64,000 nucleotides of DNA from a virus. Position 1 is the first letter of the stretch; each line of letters starts with the position of its first letter. The notes under the pieces were generated by a model, which worked only from the letters and a program-made list of their open reading frames with translations, had not been told where the DNA came from and did no database searches. The stretch lies in the IMG/VR virus record IMGVR_UViG_3300025890_000019; one strand, given 5' to 3'. Below, piece by piece: positions 29,557-40,700 of the stretch. Position numbers and translations under genes: made by a program.

Positions 29557-31386
29557 ATGGATGATATAGAAAAATATAACAAAACGGGATATATTGCCGC
29601 AATAGCCAGAGGACACAACGCAGGTGTTTGTCTTTTAAAAGACGGTGAAGTGGTTTTTTCAATTGAAGAAGAACGTTTATCTAGAAGAAAATATGATGGT
29701 GGGCCGTATGCATCCATGGTGGAGATATTAAAATACACAGACAAGATTGATTATCTTGTTGTTGCTCACACACAAGGTTTAGATGATAGATCAACAGGTA
29801 GAGTTGATTATTCAGGTGACGATGTGTACACAGGGATAGCAAGAAAATTAGGATTAATTGATAGACACGTGCAAGACACAAAACATCCTCAGGTGATAGA
29901 TTTAGCACACATTCATCACAAACTACATGCCGCATGTGCGTTTTATAGATCAGGATTTGACAAAGCAGTTGCAGTTATAGTTGACGGTGCTGGAACTTTT
30001 ATTCCAATTAAAAACAGTATTTCTGGAGAAATCACAGTGTTTGAAGTTGAAAGTATTTTCAGTTGTGATTATCCAAATGATATTTTTGCATTGTATAAAC
30101 ATTATGGTACGGGAGAAGCAAGTCCAGGAGCATTTTATCCAGACTTTGCTTCTGATTCCATAGGCGAGCCAGGCAAAACACACCAAGCATTGTTCACAGA
30201 CCATGCTGGTATTGTAAAAGTTTATGAAGCAGTTACACAGTATTGTGGATTCTCGGCAATCGAAGCAGGTAAAACAATGGGATTATTTCCTTATGGAAAA
30301 CCAAATGACATGGTTCCTAAACTTTTTAAGAAGGAAGGGTATTATTCTTTATCAGATAGGAATTTTATTATACCAACATATCCAAATGCTTCCATAGTGA
30401 ACAGTGGACTTTATCCTTATATTGATGAAAACCCTCAATCAGATGCCAAAGACGATTGGACAACATTACAAAATAGGAGAGATCTAGCATATGCAGTACA
30501 AACTGAATCACAAAAAGAATGTTTAGACTTAATTTACAAAGCAGTAAAATTAAGTGGTTGTAAAAACGTTGTATTTTCAGGAGGATACGGATTGAACTGT
30601 GTTGCTAATTATTATTATCTAGAACAATTAAGAAAAGATGGCATAAACTTTTATGCTGAACCAGTATCAAATGATGCAGGAACGGCAATGGGTGCGGCGA
30701 TGTTGTTTTATTACAGTCTCACTCAATCAAAAGAAAAGAAAGTTGATGAACCTACATTATACCTTGGACCAAAAAGAACATACACATCAGATCAAATTGA
30801 AAAAGTGTGTGAACAAGACGGTGTAGAATTATCAGATGCAACCAATGAAGAAGTAGTAAAAATTATCACTGATAAAAATATTGTTTCAGTGTTCCAAGGA
30901 GCCAGTGAAAACGGTCCTAGAGCATTGGGTAACAGATCAATATTATACGATCCAAGAGATCCAAACGGTAAAGATCATGTAAACAAAGTGAAACATAGAG
31001 AATATTTCAGACCTTTTGCTGGAACCATATTGCATGAATACGTGCATGAATGGTTCGATTTAAGAGGCATGGACGAAACCCCTCACATGATGTATGCAGT
31101 AAATTGTCAGCCAGGAATTGAAGAAAAAATACCTAGCATCATACACGTTGACGGAACTTGCAGAATACAATCTGTGAAAAGAGAACAAAATCCGTTGTAT
31201 TATGACTTGATTAAAGAGTTTCATAAGCAAACAGAATGTCCGATAATTTTCAACACATCATTTAATTTAGGCGGAGAGCCATTAGTAGAAACATTAGAAG
31301 ATGCTGTGAGAACATTAGTACACAGTGAAATAGAATATTTGTTTTTGCCTGAATACAATAAATTAATAAAGGTAGCAAACAAATGA
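29557..31386 (+). CDS. O-carbamoyltransferase (TobZ/NodU/CmcH family)
   Basis: 609 aa; LLKDGEV..IEEERLSRRK, HHKLHAACAFY, VDGAG, GK.MGL.PYG, SGG.GLNCVAN, DAGTA.GAA, E.GPRALGNRS, K.RE.FRPFA, HVDGT.RIQ, NTSFN..GEPLV. Confidence 0.92.
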   Translation: MDDIEKYNKTGYIAAIARGHNAGVCLLKDGEVVFSIEEERLSRRKYDGGPYASMVEILKYTDKIDYLVVAHTQGLDDRSTGRVDYSGDDVYTGIARKLGLIDRHVQDTKHPQVIDLAHIHHKLHAACAFYRSGFDKAVAVIVDGAGTFIPIKNSISGEITVFEVESIFSCDYPNDIFALYKHYGTGEASPGAFYPDFASDSIGEPGKTHQALFTDHAGIVKVYEAVTQYCGFSAIEAGKTMGLFPYGKPNDMVPKLFKKEGYYSLSDRNFIIPTYPNASIVNSGLYPYIDENPQSDAKDDWTTLQNRRDLAYAVQTESQKECLDLIYKAVKLSGCKNVVFSGGYGLNCVANYYYLEQLRKDGINFYAEPVSNDAGTAMGAAMLFYYSLTQSKEKKVDEPTLYLGPKRTYTSDQIEKVCEQDGVELSDATNEEVVKIITDKNIVSVFQGASENGPRALGNRSILYDPRDPNGKDHVNKVKHREYFRPFAGTILHEYVHEWFDLRGMDETPHMMYAVNCQPGIEEKIPSIIHVDGTCRIQSVKREQNPLYYDLIKEFHKQTECPIIFNTSFNLGGEPLVETLEDAVRTLVHSEIEYLFLPEYNKLIKVANK

Positions 31387-32363
31387 GCAAAAAAACAGCG
31401 ATATTTTTAAATGGTGGTGCTGGTAGAATGATAAGTTCTATCCCAGCAGTAGAAAAATATCTTGAAGAAAATCCTGAAAAGGATCCAATACTAGTGTGCG
31501 AAGGTGGAACAGATGCTTTCAAAGGACACCCTAAATTGTATTTTAGAGCCTACGACAGTTGGCATAAAAATTTATTTCAAGAACTGCTTAAAGATAGAGA
31601 ATTAATCAGTCCTGAGCCATACAGAATTTGGGAATATTACAATCAAAAATGTAGCCTTGCTCAAGCATACGACATTGCCATCAATGACAAAGGTATTAGA
31701 GATTTGCCAGCACCAACTATTAGACTGAGCAAAGAAGAGATACTAATGGCAAGAAAAATGATTGCTGAAGTAAAGGAAAAAACAGGCAAAAACAAAATTG
31801 TTGTGGTTCAACCATTTGGACGAGGTGCTCAGCCTGAAAACATTACTGAAAAACAAATGAAAGACGGCAAACAGCCAGACATCACAGACGTCACTGGCAG
31901 AAGTATTGAACTAAAAAATATTTGGAGCATTGTAAAAAAACTATCTAAAAAATATGGAGTTATGATGATGAGTGAATTCCCACTAGAATTTAAACATCAC
32001 ATGTCGGCTCCTGTGGCAACACCAATGAATGTACACATAAGAATATGGATGGCTGTGATTAAACAAGCCAATCATTTTGTTGGTTGCGACTCTGTTGGAC
32101 AACACCTTGCATACGCATTTAATGGAACTGCTACGGTGTTGATAGGTTCTACATATCCCATAAACACATCATTTCCTGACTCAGATAATTTCGATATTAT
32201 TGATCTTGGATCTGAAGATAGAGTGTATTCTCCCATAAGAATCACTTCAGACGAATTGAGTGACAGATTGAATGAAGGTATCATGGCTATGGATGATCGA
32301 GCAGAAGATGATGTTATTAGATCTGTTGAAAAGATGCTTAAACACAGTAAAAACAAGCAGTAA
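31383..32363 (+). CDS. GT9-like glycosyltransferase B
   Basis: FLNGGAGRMISSIPA; VVVQPFGR; ANHFVGCDSVGQHLAYA; paralog of 28601; ATGA overlap with the carbamoyltransferase. Confidence 0.7.
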   Translation: MSKKTAIFLNGGAGRMISSIPAVEKYLEENPEKDPILVCEGGTDAFKGHPKLYFRAYDSWHKNLFQELLKDRELISPEPYRIWEYYNQKCSLAQAYDIAINDKGIRDLPAPTIRLSKEEILMARKMIAEVKEKTGKNKIVVVQPFGRGAQPENITEKQMKDGKQPDITDVTGRSIELKNIWSIVKKLSKKYGVMMMSEFPLEFKHHMSAPVATPMNVHIRIWMAVIKQANHFVGCDSVGQHLAYAFNGTATVLIGSTYPINTSFPDSDNFDIIDLGSEDRVYSPIRITSDELSDRLNEGIMAMDDRAEDDVIRSVEKMLKHSKNKQ

Positions 32364-32432
32364 TACCCAAAATACAGTAGTAATACAATAGTTCCAAATT
32401 AGGTAAATACACTATAATAAGGATTATTCTAT

Positions 32433-32867
32433 ATGTTTGATGTATCAAGATTTTTTGGAAAAGGTGACAGAAATACTCTGTTGATGAAGAATGGGTTAAA
32501 CCTATCTTACAACGGTCCATATTCTGTGGTCGAAGAAGGCATGATTTTAGACCAATGGCATGTGAACACATTCAGTACAGCAGAATACACAATCAGTGTA
32601 GATTATGACACAAACAATAAAGAAATTTTAAAAGTACTTGTATCAGCAAGTCCAAATCAAAGCAGTCTATCAATATATGGTAGATCAAATCTAGGTAATA
32701 AATTAATCAAGATTGCAAGTGAAGTTAACAATTCATATGTTAGAATTAAGATAAATCCAGAAGATAAATCAGGAACAGAAAAATACACTGGTTCTAAGAT
32801 TATCTTTGGTGCAACATATTTTGCCACATTGAATGCTTTGGTTGGAGGTACGCAAGTAACAGAATAA
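32433..32867 (+). CDS. Hypothetical (probable virion) protein
   Basis: 144-aa beta-rich ORF within the structural cluster. Confidence 0.55.
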   Translation: MFDVSRFFGKGDRNTLLMKNGLNLSYNGPYSVVEEGMILDQWHVNTFSTAEYTISVDYDTNNKEILKVLVSASPNQSSLSIYGRSNLGNKLIKIASEVNNSYVRIKINPEDKSGTEKYTGSKIIFGATYFATLNALVGGTQVTE

Positions 32868-32886
32868 TAAATATGGATATAGCACA

Positions 32887-34749
32887 ATGGCAGTAGTTTT
32901 TAAACCTTTCGAAACAGATTACGGATACAAATCACCCGGATTCACCGTTGACGTTGACGGAAATGTTACAGTACGTACTATTACGAATACATACACACCG
33001 CCAGTTATTCCACCTTCACCAGATTTCAACATCAATGAAACTGCAGGTGCATTTACAATTTTAAACAAAGGCACAGCAGTGGTTGGTAACAATCCAACTA
33101 TCTCAGTTGAACGAGGAACAACATACACATTCGTATTAGACACATCCAGTCTTGCTTTCAATATTTTTAAACCAGATGTTGCAACTCCAAGTGTTCCAGG
33201 TAATTTGTACAACGAAGGATTATCTCATGCCAACACAGTTACAGGATTAGATTTAGCATCAGGAATTTTAAATTTTTCTCAGACTTGGCAACAACAACAG
33301 TCGGGCTACAACAGAACAGCTCAAGTGGTAGTTCCTGACACAACTGATACAGACTTAGCACAAAAGAAAATACCTGTTGTGATTTCATTACACGACAAAG
33401 GTTTTGATCAAGCAAACGGAATTGCAAATGTAAACTTTATTTCAGATAAAATTTTAATTGCTCCACAAGGTTATGGCAATGAATGGAACGTAGGATACAA
33501 CACATCAAAAGCAGATGATATTGCTTTGATTGATTCTATAATTTCCAGTTTTAGTTTATATGATAATGTGGATACCAGAGACATCACAATAATAGGTTAC
33601 GGTAATGGTGCACAGTTGGCATTACAATATTCAAACTACACACAAAATGCATCAATAAAAAATATTATTACATTTAATGGTTTATTAAATGTTGATCAAT
33701 ATCTTTCAACTGATCATAGTTTTTACAATTACTCACTAGAAGCACAGAATCAAGATGAATCGACAATTATAAATTGGACACCAATTACACCTTTGGGAAA
33801 TAAAAAAGTTTTAATGTTCAATGGTAAAGACGATTTACAATATCTTTTCAATGGTGGAACAATTGCTGGACAAGAATTTTACAGTGCAGAAGACACTGTG
33901 TACGGAATGGCTAGAGCTGATTCATCAATAGAAATTAAATTAGTTTCAGGAACCACAGAAGCAGATGGCAGTGAAAGTTATTCTTATGATAATGATGCTG
34001 TAAGAATGTATGCATTCACTGGAATTGCAAATAATTTTACAACATATCAAAACAGTATTAGAACAAGAATTAATTCTCAAATTGCCACAAGCACGTATCT
34101 TGACATACCAGTTGCGACAACATTAACAGAAGCAGAAGCACAAGGAAAACAATCAGGAACTTTAACTTATGCAGTTCCAGTTGATGCTCCTGATTCACTG
34201 TTTTATGGAGATACAGATGGTAATCCTTATGGCACACTAACAGTTAATCAACCAAGTATCATTGGAGCAGGTGTTTTCAGTTCAATATTAGACACTGGTG
34301 ATTTACTAGCAGAAGGAGTTGATGCACAAATTAGATTACAACCTACAGGAACAGGCACAGTTACAATTAATCCTGCCACATTAGGAACAATCAACAACAT
34401 GAACATCAATGCACAAAATTTATCAACCAGTGGACAAGTAACTTTAACACCCAATGCAGACGTAACATTGAGCCCACAAGCAGGTGGAACGCTCACAGTA
34501 AGACCCACAGACATAGGTGTGGTCGATAATGTTACAATAGGTTCAGTAATACCAAGAAATGGAACCTTTTCAACATTGAATTCTTCGCAAGGAACGTTAA
34601 ATAACACTACAATAGGATTAACATCAGCGGCGTCGGCGGCATTTACAGGAGCAACTGTAACCAGTGACCCAACCAATGCTAACGATGTAACTAAAAAGCA
34701 GTATGTCGATAACACAGCCACAGTGTTAGCGATAGCATTAGGAGTATAA
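32887..34749 (+). CDS. Virion fibre protein carrying an inserted, apparently inactive alpha/beta-hydrolase domain
   Basis: 620 aa; split domain GLSH...//..AQGK.SGTLT..VP.DAP..L.Y interrupted by an esterase-like segment (VVISLHDKG, APQG....WN, IIGYGNGA); ends LAIALGV. Confidence 0.7.
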   Translation: MAVVFKPFETDYGYKSPGFTVDVDGNVTVRTITNTYTPPVIPPSPDFNINETAGAFTILNKGTAVVGNNPTISVERGTTYTFVLDTSSLAFNIFKPDVATPSVPGNLYNEGLSHANTVTGLDLASGILNFSQTWQQQQSGYNRTAQVVVPDTTDTDLAQKKIPVVISLHDKGFDQANGIANVNFISDKILIAPQGYGNEWNVGYNTSKADDIALIDSIISSFSLYDNVDTRDITIIGYGNGAQLALQYSNYTQNASIKNIITFNGLLNVDQYLSTDHSFYNYSLEAQNQDESTIINWTPITPLGNKKVLMFNGKDDLQYLFNGGTIAGQEFYSAEDTVYGMARADSSIEIKLVSGTTEADGSESYSYDNDAVRMYAFTGIANNFTTYQNSIRTRINSQIATSTYLDIPVATTLTEAEAQGKQSGTLTYAVPVDAPDSLFYGDTDGNPYGTLTVNQPSIIGAGVFSSILDTGDLLAEGVDAQIRLQPTGTGTVTINPATLGTINNMNINAQNLSTSGQVTLTPNADVTLSPQAGGTLTVRPTDIGVVDNVTIGSVIPRNGTFSTLNSSQGTLNNTTIGLTSAASAAFTGATVTSDPTNANDVTKKQYVDNTATVLAIALGV

Positions 34750-34756
34750 AAAAAGC

Positions 34757-37700
34757 ATGGCAAAAAAACGTATACAAACATACAAATTTACACCAGGAAT
34801 ACCAGAAAGCGGAAATCTTTATCCTAATGCATGGGCTCAAATTAATGCCAACAAAGAATGGTTAAAAGACGAATCCACCGCTTTTATAGATGCAAAAATT
34901 GTTACAGACACAGCGGCAGATTTATATCCAAACTCATCATTAAGATATCTTAACAACAGAGAATATGTTAAAGCAGAAGTGGCGGCATGGGTTGCTGTAC
35001 AAGTTGCTGGAAACATTTCACCATTTGCTGGTTATACAAAAACTGCTACACAAATCAAAACTGACGTAGAAGCAGTTATACAAGCGGCATATCTTGATAT
35101 GAGATATGGCGGTAATGAAAATATTAGAAAACAATCGCAAACTTATTATGTTGACGGAGTACTTCAATTGGCATCTGCTGGAGAACCTGAATTAGCATAT
35201 TGGACAAAAGCGAAACAAATTATAGATTTATACATCTTTACAGGTTTAGCATACAGCAGTATCAACACAGATGGACTGTCACAAAACACATCAGGTTCAA
35301 ATGCAGAACCGGCTGGTAAGACAGGATTCGCGGCAAACATGGCTGTAATTGATAATGTTGTGGACAATGGTATTTTAAATTTACCAGCATTACAAAGTTC
35401 CGCTTATGTGTTTGCCAATTTTGTATATGATTCTTACCTTTGTGAAAGAGACATGGGGTACAATATTGATGGTCTTTTAAAAGATATCAGATATGGTGGA
35501 AATGAGCAATCAAGATACAATGCTTCAACTTACTGGGTCGGCACAGTTTCTGTACTAGATGGTGATAGACAACCTGAGATAGCAACTAAAAATGAAATTA
35601 GAAACATCATCAACAATTACGTAATACCTGGCACTGCATACGCTTCAAGACAGTCACCAGTTGTTACACAACAAACAATTTTAGGTACACCAGGAGAGTC
35701 AGGAGCAACTGCAAGAGTAACTTCTTTAGTTGGAATCATCACAGATGTGATCACAAACGGACTGGACAATCTACCAGCACTTGTAACCAACGGAATTTCA
35801 AGTGTTAAAATTCCTGAAAGAGTAGAATTATCAGAAATATTACTGATCACAAACACTTCATCAAATGCAGTGTTGTACACATTCAACGATCCTGCAAAAG
35901 GTGCCACAGTAACATATAAAAGAGAGTATCCAGAAGACACATCAAATCCAACAGCATTTGTTGATCCAGATTTTCCTAAAGCATTTCATGGCAATGACAC
36001 AATCACAACCATATTTTTAAATGCTGACACATCAACAGACGACGCAACAGATCAATTACAAATTTTTATTGAAGACGATGAAATAAGAACACGTCCATAT
36101 GATTTTGGAACAGATGCCATTGAAAGATTAAGAGTAGCACAACCAGAATCAATGCTGGATGCTGACTTTGAATACGGACTTCAGCCAACGAAGTGGCAAG
36201 CGATTGCAACACAAAGAGGTTATCCATCAATTTATGAAGTTCCAGGCACAGACTTTGATATTCAAACAGTAACATCAGATGCTTCAGCAGGAACACAAGG
36301 AATTGGTTCATCACTAATCACAGTGACAACAATTGGACCACACAATTTTGAAGCAGGACAACCATTTACAATCACAGGGTTTGATAATTCTGTGGCAGGC
36401 GCAAGTAGAGCCGCAGGATCATTTGTGGTAAACACAGTGCCAAATTCACTGTCATTTACCTATTATGGAAAAGCAAAAGTGGGATCAGTAAATCCTACAA
36501 CAATTTCCACAAACTTTACACAATTAAGAGAAGGTGATTTTTACACAGGTGCGGCAATTGGATTTCCGTCATTCAGTATTGATTCAAATGGATCTTCAGG
36601 AAACTTTGTAACCAGCCTAGCAACATTATCAGGTGCTACAATTTTACCATACACAGGTGTACAGCCAGAAATAGGAGCACCACTTACAGGAACAGGAATT
36701 CAAACAGGTACACAAATTACAGCAGTTAACGGATCTGGTGGAGCACTAGCATCACCGACAGTAACAGGAGATTATGTTGCAGGTGCAACAGCAATCACTG
36801 TGCAAGATTCTGCGGGCATAATTCAAAACTCTGTGATTGACAGAGGTGACGGATTTGCTGTAACAATTATCAGTGTGGCAGGAAACGATTTGACATTGAG
36901 TGCACCTTTGACACAAGATTTAATTGGAGACATCACACAGTATCCAGGTCTAGCAGGAACAAATTATACACCACAAGGACAGTTAGGAAGATTTGACATT
37001 TTCAGAGTGGGCGGATCATATTCTGTGTCGCTAGTTACAAATGGACAAGTGGGTTCAGGACAAGATTATGCAGTAGGAGATGCAATAGTTGTAAGCGGAA
37101 CTGATTTAGGTGGAGCAACACCAGCCAATGACGCTATTGTTACTGTGGAATCAGTTGACACTGGCGGAGAAATTTTAACAGCATCTGTCACAGGAACAGC
37201 ATTCACAGGCACAGGCACAGCATCAGCAGTTGCCACACAATTGCAAGGCAATAACGGAACAGGTGCTCAGATTAATGTAACAAAAAATGCAGGCTCATAC
37301 ACAGTGGCATTGAACAGTCCTTCATACACAGGTGTTGGTCTTGCCTCTTATGCAGGATCACAAGGTGCAGGAGCAATTTTTGATATAGATGTAGATGCTG
37401 GTGTATACACAGCGACAGTGGACACAGCAGGAACAGGATACATTGTGAATGATGTGGTAAGATTAGGCGGTTCTACATTTGGTGGAACAGGCGCAAATGA
37501 TTTAGACATAAGAGTAACTGCTGTGGGCGGTTCAGGTGAAATACAAACAATCAGTGTGGCAGGTACAGCACCGAATCAAACTGTAAATTACACATCACCA
37601 GTATACACAACTCCAAGTGCTGGAGGAGTTACAGCGGCATTCACTGTGACAAGAACAGGAACAGTATACTCTGCAGTGGTAACAACAATTGGAGCAGGTT

Positions 37701-40700
37701 ATTCAGCAACAGATGTGCTTACAATATTAGGAACACAACTTGGTGGTGCAACCACAGCCAACGATGCAACAATCACTGTTGATTCAGTTGATGGTAATGG
37801 TGGAATTTTAACATTCACAGTAGCAGGTACGGCTGTTAATACTCAAACATATCCAAATCAAAACACAGGCACTAACATATCAGGAACCAACGCTACTTTT
37901 GATGTGGCAATTTCTGGAACTGGTTACACAGTAACTTTAAACAATGCAGGTGACGATTATGGTGTTGGACAAACACATACAATCGAAGGAACAAGTTTAG
38001 GTGGAGAAACACCAGCCAATGACGTAACAATAGTAATTGACACAGTGACAGGCACAGGTGCAAGTGGAATTGCAACAATTACGCCAACAGGTACAGCGGC
38101 ATTAGAAGGAACATCAGGTTACACAGTTGGTGATCAATTCTTTGTAAGTGGAACAGACTTGGGTGCGGCAACACCAACCAACGATGCATATGTATCCGTA
38201 AGCACAGTGAACGGCAATGGTGGTATCACAGCATTAACAATCAGCGGAACAGGCACAGATGCCAATGTAGATTATACCAGTGCTACTTGGACAACTAGTG
38301 GTTCAGGTACTGGTGCAGTTGTAGACATTAACAGAACAGGAACTGTGTACACAGCGACTTTCACAAACACAGGTGCTTCATTTGCCGCGGCAGACACTAT
38401 CACAATTTTAGGAACAGCAGTAGGCGGATTGACACCAGCCAATGATGTCACAATCACAGTTGACACAGTGACAGCAGGTGCAATAGCCACGTACACTGTG
38501 GCAGGCACAGCAGTGAACACACAAACATTCACAGATGTAAACAAATCAGCAAGAACACCGTCAGGATTAACAATGGATGTAACATTGTCTGGTGGATCAT
38601 ACACATTGGCAATTGCAAATGGTGGTAGCGGATATGGTTTAAATCAAACATACAAAATTGAAGGTACATCAGTGTTTGGTGCATCACCAACAAATGATTT
38701 AACATTCACAATTGCAGGTATAAATTCTGTAGTAGGAGGTCAAGTTACATCAGTGTCAGCGGCAACTGGAACTGCAAACACAGGCACAGGTAATGCATTG
38801 AATGTGGCAGGTTCAAACAGAGCTCCAATAGGTGTTGGTGCTCAATTCAGTATTACTAGAACCAATGACACAGATTCATCAACGGATTACACAGAAGTCA
38901 CTGTGGTTCAAGATGGATCAAACTATGCAGTTGGAGACAAAGTTGTAATTAGTGGAGCAAGTCTGGGTGGATCAACACCAGCCAATGATATAACTGTTCG
39001 TGTACAATCGATCACTTCATTCGGTGGTGTGGTTAACAACACACATTCAGGAACAGCAATTGGAGGAACTGGTATCAGTGTATACTCTTCAGTAACAATT
39101 TCAGATCCAGTTTCACAAGCAATTCCATTATCTGCAACAATATCATATTCTGCATTGGCAACAATGAGAGTTAATTTCACAACACCACATGGACTTGTGC
39201 CAGGTAATGCATTTTTAGTTGTGATACAATCAGATGACGGATCAAACAATCACATATTGGCTTCAGGACCATTCTTAGCAACATCAATTCCATCACCAAC
39301 AAGTTTAACATATCAAGTGAGATCACCAGGTGCTATCACAGATGCTGGTTGGCAAGGATCTATATATGGTAGACCAGATTCATTCTTTATACACAGACCA
39401 TTTGATGGTGGTGTACAATTAGGAACAGGTGGACCGGCTCACGGTGCTCAAGCAATACGTCAATCTAAAAAATATATCAGATATCAATCAGGTAAAGGTT
39501 GTATGTATACCACTGGTGCTCTATTTGCTCCAAGTTATGACATACTTGATTTATCAGCAGATGGCACAGCATCAGGTTCTACAATCACTGTAACAACAGA
39601 TGATGTTGACCACAATTTACAGGTAGGTGCTATTATTAGATTAGTAGGTATTGCAACATCAGGTTATGATGGAACATACACTATCACATCAATAACAAAT
39701 GAAAGAACATTCACAGTGATTGCACAAATCACTTTGGGAGGAACTACTCCAGAATTTACAGATCAACCTCAAGTGTCATTGTATCAATGGAATGGTGCCA
39801 CTGTAAGATCAGGTATATTTGATGATCAAAACGGAATTTTCTGGGAGTATGATGGACAAAACACAAATGCTGTGCAAAGAACTGCAACAAGACAATTGGC
39901 AGGCACAATCACAGTTACACCAGATTCAAATAATGTGACAGGTGTGGGTACAAGATTCAGAGAACAAATTAAAGCAGGTGACAGAGTTGTAATCAGAGGT
40001 ATGACACACGTGGTATCAGGAATTACAGACAACACAACAATGAGTGTTACTCCAGATTATAGAGGTGTTAACACATCATCAGGTGTGAAGATGTGTGCTG
40101 TGGTAGACAAAAAAGCAAAACAATCAGAATTTAACAAAGATGTATTAGACGGAACAGGACCAAGTGGATACAAATGGGACGTGTCTAAGATGCAGATGAT
40201 TGGGATACAGTTTTCATGGTACGGGGCTGGATTCATCGATTGGATGACTAGAGGTCAAACAGGTAACTTTATTTTTGTACACAGAATGAGAAATTCAAAC
40301 GTTAACACAGAAGCATTTATGAGAACAGGTAACCAACCTGTACGTTATGAAGTAACCAACGAAGGTCCTGGTGCAAAATTATTTGAAAATATGGATGCAA
40401 CACAAACCACACTTACAGTGGAAGACGCTTCATTCTTCCCAACAACAGGTGGTACTGTGTACATTGATAACGAAATTATAACATTTACAGGTATCACAGG
40501 TGACACATTGACAGGTTGTACTAGAGCGGCACAACTTACAAACTTTGCGGCAGGTGCCACAAGAAACTATTCAGCGGGTGCGGCGGCGGCACACTTTAGA
40601 AACACTGGAGTTGTGTTGATATCAAACACAGCATCTCCAATCATATCACACTGGGGATCAGCATATCTAACAGATGGTAACTTTGACGAAGATAGAGGAT

